Shown piece after piece: positions 36,563 through 45,180 of a stretch of 64,000 nt of DNA; within the stretch, counting starts at the first letter, position 1; the number at the start of each line of letters is the position of its first letter. The stretch spans positions 5,037 through 69,036 of the forward strand of contig DZAX01000010.1 of assembly GCA_022729705.1 (NCBI GenBank). Direction: 5' to 3'. The notes below the pieces were generated by a model. It had not been told where the DNA came from. It ran no database searches and saw only the letters and a program-made list of their open reading frames with translations. Position numbers and translations under genes: made by a program. The DNA comes from Helicobacter cetorum. Its GTDB lineage: Bacteria; Campylobacterota; Campylobacteria; Campylobacterales; UBA6016.

Positions 36563-37116
36563 AAAAAAATTTATTACCGCTACTACTATCTATTTTTATT
36601 TTTGCGGGGTGTGATAAAAAAAATAGCGATGAGAATGCTACAATGTCTGGGATAGAAGAGATAAAAGACGGTTCAAAAATATCCGTGTCCGGCGGTAAAA
36701 TAGGAGACGCCAACTCTACGATAAATCAGTTTATGACTTACAATATTGAAGGTGAGAGAGTTGTAAGTATTGCTCCTAACGGTGAAGAAAATGCTACGAC
36801 AAGACAATTAGGAGCGGTAATAACCATCAAAAATCAGTATGAAATGCTGAATGCCGACATTCTTAAAAATAAACTTAGTCAAAACTTTATCCGTAAGTGC
36901 TCAGCTTGTCATGACCATTATGCAAACGGTATTATCGGCCCGTCTCTTTTGACAAAGACTGAAGACGATATATTTAAAATGATAGCTTCATATAAAAATG
37001 ATACAAAAAAAAATGTATTAATGGTGCAACTCGTAAAACAGATGGATGATAAAGAGATAAGAGCTCTGGCAAAAGAGATCGCCGAATTTAATAAGGAAAT
37101 TAGGAGTAAAAAATGA
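36559..37116 (+). CDS. nosC1: Monohaem cytochrome c lipoprotein NosC1
   Basis: Lipobox FAGC and haem motif CSACH. Confidence 0.75.
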   Translation: MKKNLLPLLLSIFIFAGCDKKNSDENATMSGIEEIKDGSKISVSGGKIGDANSTINQFMTYNIEGERVVSIAPNGEENATTRQLGAVITIKNQYEMLNADILKNKLSQNFIRKCSACHDHYANGIIGPSLLTKTEDDIFKMIASYKNDTKKNVLMVQLVKQMDDKEIRALAKEIAEFNKEIRSKK

Positions 37117-37559
37117 ACATAGGAAAACTAATAGGCGTAGCGGCGTCTTTCGTCATAGTTGGAGCGATAGGATATATGGCGCTTAGCGAAAACTCTTCGT
37201 CAAAAATAGTAGAGAAAAATCAAACTAACACCACGATTCAAGCTCAAGACGATGCAAATCAGGCACCTGCTTTAAGCGAGGATGAAAAAAAGATACAAGC
37301 CCTTAAGGAGAGTACTCAGTCTAAAGATTATACTGTGAGCGATCTGTATATGGTTAAATGCAAAGCTTGTCACAGCGTAAGCGGGAAAGGTGCGGTCGGA
37401 CCAAGTCTTGTGGGTAAAACAGAGCAAGAGTTGCTAAAAAAATTAAATGATTACAAGGAAGGAAAAGTCAAAAACTCTCTTATGGCGGGACTACTTGTAA
37501 ACTCAACAGATGAAGAGTTAAAATCTTTGGCGAGTGAAATTTCAAAGTTTGGCAAATAA
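37113..37559 (+). CDS. nosC2: Monohaem cytochrome c NosC2
   Basis: TM anchor and haem motif CKACH. Confidence 0.75.
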   Translation: MNIGKLIGVAASFVIVGAIGYMALSENSSSKIVEKNQTNTTIQAQDDANQAPALSEDEKKIQALKESTQSKDYTVSDLYMVKCKACHSVSGKGAVGPSLVGKTEQELLKKLNDYKEGKVKNSLMAGLLVNSTDEELKSLASEISKFGK

Positions 37560-37562
37560 AAG

Positions 37563-38456
37563 ATGGATAAATACACCCAAAGATGCACAATAAAAAATAT
37601 CTCTTTTTGGGATACATTTTTTGTTGTAAATAAAAACGGCAAAAAAATACCTAGTCTTAGGCTCTATAGGTGGCTTAGTATTATAGGGTTTCATCTGCTT
37701 TTTGTGCTATCTTATTGGGCTGATATTCAAATATTAGAAGGGACGCTCAGCGGGTCAAGGCTTCTGGGGTTTCATCTGATAGATCCATTTGTGACGTTGC
37801 AGGTATTTTTAGCCTATCACCATATACCGACAAATCTCATTATAGGCGTTGTCACTATGATATTGGTATATCTACTTATCGGCGGTAGAGCATACTGTTC
37901 TTGGGTATGTCCATATGGTCTGATAAGCGAGATAGGCGAAAAAATTAATAGAGATCTTGTGGCAAAAAAGATAATAAAAGCAAGAGTATTTGACCATAGA
38001 GTGAAGTATCTTTTTTGGATTTTATTTTTATTTTTAGCTTTTAGCAGCGGTTATTTAGTGTTTGAGAGTATAAATATTGTAGGAATACTTAGTAGAGCTA
38101 TAATATACGGTTGGAGCGTAGCTTTGTCTTTTGTGGTCGCCACCTTTTTGATAGAGGTTTTTTACTCTCAAAGAGCATGGTGTAGATATGTGTGTCCGGT
38201 TGGTACAACTTACGGTTTTATTGGATGGCCGAGCGCTCAAAAAATAGAGTGGGATGATTCTTGTGATCATTGTGGCGTATGCTCAGATGTCTGCCTTGTG
38301 CCTCACGTTCTTCAAATATCCAAAAAAAACACCGATACACAAGGCAAAAGCCATGTATATATAGAAAGCGGTGATTGCACTTTGTGCGGTAGATGCGTGG
38401 ATGTGTGCCATCATGATGCGTTAAATTTTAAAAATAAACTAAAAAAGATTGTATGA
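37563..38456 (+). CDS. nosH: NosH (NapH-like) membrane-bound iron-sulfur quinol dehydrogenase subunit
   Basis: Four TM segments. CSWVCPYG and CRYVCPVG motifs. C-terminal CDHCGVCSDVC / CTLCGRCVDVC. Confidence 0.8.
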   Translation: MDKYTQRCTIKNISFWDTFFVVNKNGKKIPSLRLYRWLSIIGFHLLFVLSYWADIQILEGTLSGSRLLGFHLIDPFVTLQVFLAYHHIPTNLIIGVVTMILVYLLIGGRAYCSWVCPYGLISEIGEKINRDLVAKKIIKARVFDHRVKYLFWILFLFLAFSSGYLVFESINIVGILSRAIIYGWSVALSFVVATFLIEVFYSQRAWCRYVCPVGTTYGFIGWPSAQKIEWDDSCDHCGVCSDVCLVPHVLQISKKNTDTQGKSHVYIESGDCTLCGRCVDVCHHDALNFKNKLKKIV

Positions 38457-39091
38457 TGATTGAAATTTTTAACGCAACAAAGAGATTTGGCGATAAGACT
38501 ATTTTGGATAATGTCAGTTTGTCTATCAAAGAGGGTGAGAGTATTATTTTGATGGGACAAAACGGAGCCGGCAAAACATCCCTTATTCGCTCTATACTCG
38601 GCGAATATATACTAGATAGCGGACACATCACAATAGATGGTGTAGATGTTGCAAAAAATCGTATTGAGAGTCTAAGAAAAATATCTTTTGTGCCGCAACT
38701 TCCGCCTCCTCTCAAAATTACCGTAAACGAACTGCTTGAATATACCTGCACTGTCGCAAACATAGATAGAGAGAAGATAAAAAGATGCGCCGAAAAACTA
38801 CAGTTTGATCTTGAATTTAATCTAAATAAATCATTTATAAAGCTCTCCGGCGGTATGAAGCAAAAGCTTCTAATCTCTATAGCAATAGCCAAAGAGAGCG
38901 ATATTTTTATATTTGACGAACCTACAGCAAATCTTGATTTAGGCGGCAGAGAAGCATTTTATTTATTGCTTAACGACATAAAAGCAAAAGTATTTATTTT
39001 TATAAGCCACAGAATTGAAGAAGTTGGACATATTGCAAATAGGGCTATTACAATGGATTTAGCAAGGGTGGTAAGAAATGAACGAATTTAA
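38453..39091 (+). CDS. nosF: NosF ABC-transporter ATPase
   Basis: Walker A GQNGAGKTS, signature LSGGMKQK, Walker B IFIFDEPT. Confidence 0.85.
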   Translation: MMIEIFNATKRFGDKTILDNVSLSIKEGESIILMGQNGAGKTSLIRSILGEYILDSGHITIDGVDVAKNRIESLRKISFVPQLPPPLKITVNELLEYTCTVANIDREKIKRCAEKLQFDLEFNLNKSFIKLSGGMKQKLLISIAIAKESDIFIFDEPTANLDLGGREAFYLLLNDIKAKVFIFISHRIEEVGHIANRAITMDLARVVRNERI

Positions 39092-39503
39092 AGCTCTTGT
39101 TTTATTGCTGATAACTCTATTTTTTGTCTCGTGCGACTCCAAGCAGATTCATTATGACAGAGATGCGTGCGAGAGATGCAAAATGATTATCAGCGATAAA
39201 AATTTTGCGGCTTCGGTGACAAACGAGCAAGACGGAAAGATATATTATTTTGATGATATAGGGTGCGTAATACTTTGGTTTAAAGAGAAAAATATCAAAT
39301 GGAGCGATAGCGCAAAAATTCAGGTTGTAGATTTTGATACCCAAAAATGGATAGATGCCAAAAGCGCATTTTATAGCTCCCCAAATATAACGCCGATGGC
39401 ATACGGGTTTGCCGCATATAGCGAAAAAAGTAAAATCACAAAAGACAAAGAAGTCGTTAATTTTGCAGAGGTGCGAGCTAGAGTGTTAAAGGTAGGAAAA
39501 TGA
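39078..39503 (+). CDS. nosL: NosL copper-chaperone lipoprotein
   Basis: Lipobox FFVSC, then DACERCKMIISDKNFAA...YYFDDIGC. Confidence 0.75.
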   Translation: MNEFKALVLLLITLFFVSCDSKQIHYDRDACERCKMIISDKNFAASVTNEQDGKIYYFDDIGCVILWFKEKNIKWSDSAKIQVVDFDTQKWIDAKSAFYSSPNITPMAYGFAAYSEKSKITKDKEVVNFAEVRARVLKVGK

Positions 39504-40327
39504 AAAATCTAATTTTAATTATGAAGCTTGATATTTTAGAGTCATTTAAGACAAAATGGTTTTTAATATATACGATAGTTTTTGGCGGTACGGTGGCTCT
39601 ATTTTTGATAGCCGGAGTTACAGAGTCAAGAGTGCTTGGATTTAGCGGTCTTAGTCGACTACTTTTATCATTTATCCAAATTTGTATCGTTATTTTGCCG
39701 ATTTTTATTTTGATTACGACGGTTAGAAGTATCGCCGGAGACAGAGATAACTCTGTTTTGGAGTATATGCTTTCTTTTCCTATTTCTCTTAAGCAATACT
39801 ATATGGGTAAGTTTTTTGGGCGACTTTTTGTGGTTATAGCGCCGGTTTTTGGTGCCTTGCTATTTTCACTTCTTTACGCACTTGCAAGAGGGGCTGAGGT
39901 CGATTATTTTGTATTCATTTTTTATATCGCTCTGCTTTTTGCCATCAGCGTAAACTTTTTGGGTATTAGCTTTTTTATTTCTAGTCTTGTTAAGTCTCAA
40001 GAGATCGCTCTTGGCGTCGCATTTTTTGTTTGGCTAAAACTGCTGGCTTTTATCGACATTATACTTATAGGCGTAATGATGCAAGACGGGGTAAATGAAA
40101 ATGTTATATTTGCAATAGCCCTTTTAAATCCAATGCAAGTTTTTAGAGTAGGGGCTATATCTCTTTTTGATTCAGAGCTCTCCGTAATTGGTCCCGCATC
40201 TTATTTTATACTAGATATATTTGGTAAAAATATATTTATGGCATATTCTCTTGTATATCCTATTGCTTTGGGTATGCTGTTTCTAATTGCCGGATATGTG
40301 ATTTTTAGAAAAAAAGATTTGATATAA
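39500..40327 (+). CDS. nosY: NosY ABC-2 type permease
   Basis: Six hydrophobic segments. 4-nt overlap with nosL. Confidence 0.75.
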   Translation: MKNLILIMKLDILESFKTKWFLIYTIVFGGTVALFLIAGVTESRVLGFSGLSRLLLSFIQICIVILPIFILITTVRSIAGDRDNSVLEYMLSFPISLKQYYMGKFFGRLFVVIAPVFGALLFSLLYALARGAEVDYFVFIFYIALLFAISVNFLGISFFISSLVKSQEIALGVAFFVWLKLLAFIDIILIGVMMQDGVNENVIFAIALLNPMQVFRVGAISLFDSELSVIGPASYFILDIFGKNIFMAYSLVYPIALGMLFLIAGYVIFRKKDLI

Positions 40328-40338
40328 GGAATAATATA

Positions 40339-40800
40339 ATGAAAAAAATAGTTTTAAGCCTACTTTTTGGAGCTATGCTGTTTGGCTCTAGCGATAATTT
40401 TGTAGGTAAGAGCATTACTCAGCTAAAAGATGAAAATACTACTTGCATAGTTAGGTTTAAAGATACAAAACAGTATCCGCAATATGCGGCTGGTATAGTA
40501 TATAAAAATGGTAAAAAAGAGTTTTATTCGTCTACAAAATATATGTTTAGATACTATTTCGGACAAGAAAGTAATATATCGTCCATTGTAGTGTCAGACT
40601 ATAATAGTTCAAAATTTATAGCCCCCCAAAGTGCGTATTTTGTATTTGGAAGTCATATTATGAGCTTGGGCGGCGATGATTTGATAGTATTTGCAAAAGA
40701 GAAAGACGCAAAAGAGTTTAGCACTAAAAACGGCGGTAAAAAAATTATAAAATTTAATCAAATTTCAAAAAAGCTTATTGAGCTTTTGGATATGAAATAA
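40339..40800 (+). CDS. Second NosL-family-like periplasmic protein lacking the CxxCxM motif
   Basis: Signal peptide. The C-terminal part AYFVFGSHIMSLGGDDLIVFAKEKDAKEFSTKNGGKKIIKFNQI resembles the NosL C-terminal region. Confidence 0.5.
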   Translation: MKKIVLSLLFGAMLFGSSDNFVGKSITQLKDENTTCIVRFKDTKQYPQYAAGIVYKNGKKEFYSSTKYMFRYYFGQESNISSIVVSDYNSSKFIAPQSAYFVFGSHIMSLGGDDLIVFAKEKDAKEFSTKNGGKKIIKFNQISKKLIELLDMK

Positions 40801-40848
40801 CCTCAGACACCACTCCATCATTTACCCTAAGAATTCTATCAAATAGAG

Positions 40849-41253
40849 GTGTTTGACCCCCATTCTTCAGGCATAATACACAAACACCATATGGAAGCTA
40901 ATTTATGGGAAATTTATTGCACGCTAACGCCAAAACCACGCCAAGAATCAGAAAAGAAATTCAAGACTCTTGTGAGAGTATCGCAAAGTTAGCAATCAAA
41001 TATAATCTTAATCCAATGGACAAGTGGAGATATTTAACAAAACCATCAAGAATGCCACCACTAAAACATATCATTACGAGACGGTAGACGAGCTTAAACA
41101 ACACCTGATGAGTTATCTTCTGTATTATAACCACCAGAAGAAATTAAAAGCTTTAAAGTTTAAGACCCCTTATACTATATTGCTAGAAAAGTTTGACTCC
41201 AGCCCTGAACTTTTTAAAGATAATCCGTATTTGAAGTTTAGGGGATTAAACAG
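40849..41253 (+). mobile_element. Internally deleted IS481-like element (about 405 bp) retaining both imperfect terminal inverted repeats
   Basis: Left end GTGTTTGACCCCCATTCTTCA (40849-40869) against right end TGAAGTTTAGGGGATTAAACAG (41232-41253). ORF fragments HANAKTTPRIRKEI...ESIAKLAIKYNLNP (HTH part) and FNKTIKN...YYNHQKKLKALKFKTPY (C-terminus of a DDE integrase). Confidence 0.65.
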
Positions 41254-41367
41254 TTTTTTTTGGATGGGGTTTACTTGGGGGTTACTGAAATTCTAAGAGC
41301 GGCTAGCCGCAAGAGCCGTCTGCTGAAGACCTCATTTTGGGGCAATGCTTCAAAATGAGAGGATTAA

Positions 41368-42696
41368 TCAGATAGATATACTTTTGTAAAACTCCAAAGC
41401 GTCCGCATTGACTTTGACGTCGCGTTCGCTCAAATTTCTAGCTAGCCTCATACCGCTGACACGACGGCAACGCGAAAGGGCGACATACGTCTGCCCATCT
41501 GAAAATGCGCCGCCTCCAAGGTCAATTACGGCGTTTTCTAGCGTCATTCCTTGTGATTTATGAATAGTGAGAGCCCATCCCAAAGTAAGCGGAAATTGCT
41601 CAAAAGCGCCTATCTCCTCCTTGTCTATCGTCTGCGTCTTTTCATCATAAATATACGCATAACGCTCCCAACTCATACGCCCAACCTCCAAAGCCTCTCC
41701 GCTAATATCGCTTTTTACCACCACCGTATCGGAGCCTAAGAAAATCACTACGCCCGTATCGCCGTTTATCCACCCCTTTGGTTTGTTGTTTCTCAAAAAT
41801 ACGACTTTGGCACCCGCTTTAAGCTCCAATCTCTCGGGTGCGGCGAGTCTCCATTTTGATGCGGGTGTTTCGCCGCTTATTTTTGCGTCATACGTCGTTG
41901 TCTCTCCGGCTAGACCGGCTAATCTTTTGGAGTTAATCGAGTGCGCAGCGGCGTTTGTTGCGACTAGCCACAATGGGGTGTTTAAATCCGTGTGAGATTT
42001 GAGGCAGTTTTGGTTGAAGTATGAAAGAGCCGCTTTTTGGTTTGAGCCATCCCGTATCCAGCCAAGCGCCTCAATAAACTTTGCGTCCTCTTGTCGTCTT
42101 ACGCGCGTCAGATGCACGGGGGTTATGGCTATGTCGCCAAATGCATCGGCGGAATAAAAAAACTGCGTCTTATATCTATCTTTAAAATACACCCTCTCTT
42201 CATGCGTAGACACAACGGGCGGAAGTTGCAATAAATCCCCCACAAATACAACGGCGACTCCGCCAAAAGGCTCTACGCTTTTTCTTGTGCGACGAAGCAG
42301 TATATCTATCACGTCTACAATATTTGGGGTCACCATCGACGCTTCATCGATAATAAGAGCGCTCATTTTCGCGGCAATCTCTTTTGATTTTGGAGTAAGC
42401 CTGAGTTTTTCGCCTGGGTCTATGTGGCGTGCTGGAAGCGAGAAAAAAGAGTGTATCGTATCGCCTCCGGCGTTGATAGCGGCGGCGGCTGTTGGAGCCA
42501 AAACGACGCAGTTTTGTAAAGAGCTTGATAGATAGCGAATAAGTGTAGACTTTCCGGTTCCCGCTTTGCCGGTCACGAATACAGCCGCACCGCTCACGGC
42601 AAGCTCTAAAGCCTTTTTGTATTCCGGTATTATCTCTATCTCTTCCAAATCAAATCCTATTAAGCTGTAAACTATCTTGGTTTTGATTATACGCAA
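41368..42696 (-). CDS. Pif1/RecD-family (AAA_30) DNA helicase
   Basis: Walker A VTGKAGTGKST, Walker B LIIDEASMV, FVGDLLQLPPV, TIHKSQGMTLE, YVALSRC. Confidence 0.8.
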   Translation of the reverse strand: MRIIKTKIVYSLIGFDLEEIEIIPEYKKALELAVSGAAVFVTGKAGTGKSTLIRYLSSSLQNCVVLAPTAAAAINAGGDTIHSFFSLPARHIDPGEKLRLTPKSKEIAAKMSALIIDEASMVTPNIVDVIDILLRRTRKSVEPFGGVAVVFVGDLLQLPPVVSTHEERVYFKDRYKTQFFYSADAFGDIAITPVHLTRVRRQEDAKFIEALGWIRDGSNQKAALSYFNQNCLKSHTDLNTPLWLVATNAAAHSINSKRLAGLAGETTTYDAKISGETPASKWRLAAPERLELKAGAKVVFLRNNKPKGWINGDTGVVIFLGSDTVVVKSDISGEALEVGRMSWERYAYIYDEKTQTIDKEEIGAFEQFPLTLGWALTIHKSQGMTLENAVIDLGGGAFSDGQTYVALSRCRRVSGMRLARNLSERDVKVNADALEFYKSISI

Positions 42697-42828
42697 TACT
42701 TGCTACAATAAAAATAAGCACACACCACCATTCAGATAAGGGGGGGCAAATTGTGAAACTATCGTTAAAGTGGTTTTGTAAAAATAGGTGTCAGGCAATC
42801 TTTTGTAGTAAGGGTTTGAAATTGTGGG

Positions 42829-42855
42829 AGCAAAAAGGTGTGGCGCCTTTTTGCT
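42829..42855. terminator. 10-bp stem-loop downstream of the flagellin gene
   Basis: AGCAAAAAGG-TGTGGCG-CCTTTTTGCT, about 50 nt after the flagellin stop. Confidence 0.45.
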
Positions 42856-42906
42856 TTGTAATTCAAAAGTTATTGGACTGTAGAAGTTTTAGAATAGTTA
42901 TTAAAG

Positions 42907-44448
42907 TTATTGCAGTAACTTCATAACATTTTGTTGAATTGTATTTGCTTGCGCCATTGCAAACGACCCTGATTGTGCTAGAAGATTTCTTTTTGAGAAG
43001 TTGGCTGACTCTTCTGCGAAGTCTACATCTCTGATATTTGATTCTGCTTGCGTTACGTTTACCCTTGTGACTGATATGTTGTTGATAGTAGATACTATCT
43101 GATTTTGTACCGAACCAATATCCGCTCTGATTCTATCTAGCATTTTCATCGCTGATTCGGCTATATCCATAACCATCATAGCTCCCGTTCTAGTCGTAAC
43201 GCCTGAACCCATTACCGTTACCGCCGCGCCGGATTCGGCTGCATTTGCATAAGCCCCCGCCGCTCTACCTGTTTTTGATAAGAAGTTACCTCTTACATCT
43301 CTTAGGTTTGCTATTGCTGCGTGACTTGTTGCATTTAGGTTGCTATTCATATATGTACCGCTTGCGCCACTCACGACTATATCCCTTGAGCCATGCCCTA
43401 TGAGTGTTAGTCTACCAAAATTCATATTTTTGAGGTCACCGCCTGCGGCTCCACCGCTTGTTGTTTGCATACCCATAATTGCGCCCGCAACCCCATAAAC
43501 TGCTCCAGCAGAAGAACTCGCCTCTATTTTCATACCCCTTCCGTCTACAGATGTAAGCACAAGTCTACCCCTTACGTCTAGACTCGCATAAGCACCGGTT
43601 TGGTGTGTAACGGCATTAATTGCATTTACAAGGTTTCCATTTGCGTCGCTTGCTTTTACATCTAGTACGTCGCCTATCGTAATATCATTGATTCTAAGAT
43701 TTTTAATATTTCCCGCCGCAACAGCTTGCGAGCTTGTTGTCACAACCCTATAGCTCGCTCTTACGCCTGTAGCGTCTGAAGATCTATTGATAGCTTCAGC
43801 CAAAGCTCCAAGACCTGTTGAGGCTGAATGCGATATGACAACCCCTTGAATTTGCGTATAAGTGCCGTCAGGATTTGTGAATTTCAGAGCTGCAGCACCT
43901 GCTGATGTGATTTGAGTAGTCGTCTCAAATCTTGTAGAACCTATCTTATCAGAGCTAGTGGCACCGATAGAAGCTTTAACTGTTTGATTTGAATAAGCAC
44001 CTATTTCGAACTCTTTGTTTGTAAAGCTTCCGGCTAGTAAACTCATACCATTAAACGATGTAGTAGTCGCGATATTATCAAGCTCTTCCATTAGTCTTAC
44101 GATGTCGTTTTGAATAGCTTGTCTTGACAATGAGCTTTGACCATCCGCCGCAGCTTGAGTCGCTTTTGTTTTTATAGTGTCAAGAATCTTGATTTGCTCA
44201 TCCATCGCTTTATCAGCTGTTTGCAAGATACCAATCGCATCGTTTGCATTTTTGATAGATTGACCAAGGCTGTTTGCTTGAGACTTCAAGCTATCAGCGA
44301 TAGCCATACCAGCCGAGTCATCCGCCGCTGAGTTGATTCTAAGACCGCTTGAAAGTCTACTTAGCGAGCTATCAAGTTCTCTATTGTTCATTATACCATA
44401 ATTGTGTGCGCCCATTGCCGCTACGTTTGTATTTATTCTAAAGCCCAT
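42907..44448 (-). CDS. Flagellin
   Basis: [12 protein letters not shown]...[26 protein letters not shown]...[22 protein letters not shown], with C-terminal [17 protein letters not shown]. Start taken at ATG 44448-44446. Confidence 0.95.
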   Translation of the reverse strand: MGFRINTNVAAMGAHNYGIMNNRELDSSLSRLSSGLRINSAADDSAGMAIADSLKSQANSLGQSIKNANDAIGILQTADKAMDEQIKILDTIKTKATQAAADGQSSLSRQAIQNDIVRLMEELDNIATTTSFNGMSLLAGSFTNKEFEIGAYSNQTVKASIGATSSDKIGSTRFETTTQITSAGAAALKFTNPDGTYTQIQGVVISHSASTGLGALAEAINRSSDATGVRASYRVVTTSSQAVAAGNIKNLRINDITIGDVLDVKASDANGNLVNAINAVTHQTGAYASLDVRGRLVLTSVDGRGMKIEASSSAGAVYGVAGAIMGMQTTSGGAAGGDLKNMNFGRLTLIGHGSRDIVVSGASGTYMNSNLNATSHAAIANLRDVRGNFLSKTGRAAGAYANAAESGAAVTVMGSGVTTRTGAMMVMDIAESAMKMLDRIRADIGSVQNQIVSTINNISVTRVNVTQAESNIRDVDFAEESANFSKRNLLAQSGSFAMAQANTIQQNVMKLLQ

Positions 44449-44483
44449 TTTATCCACCTTTGAATTTGTATTTGCAGACTAGT

Positions 44484-44499
44484 AGCATAAAGTGTTCCA
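44484..44499 (-). promoter_or_regulatory. Sigma54 (-24/-12) promoter of the flagellin gene
   Basis: The minus strand reads TGGAAC-ACTTT-ATGCT, against the consensus TGGCAC-N5-TTGCW. It lies about 36 nt upstream of the ATG, as I recall for sigma54-dependent flaB-type flagellins in Campylobacter. Confidence 0.6.
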
Positions 44500-44510
44500 A
44501 AAATGAGTGT

Positions 44511-44786
44511 ATGGCAAATGCAGAGATGGCAATGGAACCATCTCGTGCAGTAAAAGAGTACAAGGATGAAAACATCAAACTACAAATACAACTAGATGAG
44601 TATGCAAAAGCTCTAGGTAAAGTCACGGTAGAGAGAGACTGGCTTGAAAAAAAGCTAAACAGCTTGGACTCATTAAATAAAAAAGAGCTTGTGGAGTCTG
44701 GGCTAAAAAAGATAAGTATCACAAGACAATGTGAACTATTGGATATTGCAAGAAGTAGTTTGTACTATACACCAATTATTAATAAC
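44511..44786 (+). pseudogene. IS3-family transposase fragment (end of OrfA leucine zipper plus the first residues of OrfB)
   Basis: KENIKLQIQLDEYAKALGKVTVERDWLEKKL...ISITRQCELLDIARSSLYYTP. No DDE domain follows. Confidence 0.65.
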
Positions 44787-44837
44787 ACGGAACTTGCAAC
44801 TTTAATTCTTTTTCAGATCGCTCTGATTTTCGGATGG

Positions 44838-45095
44838 TCATTTTTGAGGAATACTATCTATAAAGTTATCCATCTCATCCCAAAATGCTTCGTCTAGTGG
44901 TGTAGTTTTCAGCTCACCTCTGCAATATGCTTCAATGTCTCGCTGGATCTCTATTGCTGATTGTGGCATTGGGTTATTTGTAGCTACAAGATGAGCTTTG
45001 TTTAGTGCAATAGCCTCCAGTGCATGAAGCATTTCGTCCGTGCTGGAGTGAAAATAGTTTTCTATGACGGGGTTATCAATATTTAGTGTTAGCAT
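44838..45095 (-). CDS. Hypothetical 85-aa acidic protein (orphan)
   Basis: ORF only. I recognised no motif. Its 3' end abuts the IS3 remnant. Confidence 0.4.
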   Translation of the reverse strand: MLTLNIDNPVIENYFHSSTDEMLHALEAIALNKAHLVATNNPMPQSAIEIQRDIEAYCRGELKTTPLDEAFWDEMDNFIDSIPQK

Positions 45096-45180
45096 GCATT
45101 ACCTCGTATTTTTGTTTTGTTGATTGTAGCAAAAAATATTAATGTCAATGAAATTGACATATGTTTTAGGAGAGGTGGAT

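Noticed and set aside
41331-41359. 8-bp hairpin downstream of the helicase gene as a terminator.
   Set aside because: No T-tract follows it on the minus strand, so it is too weak to call.
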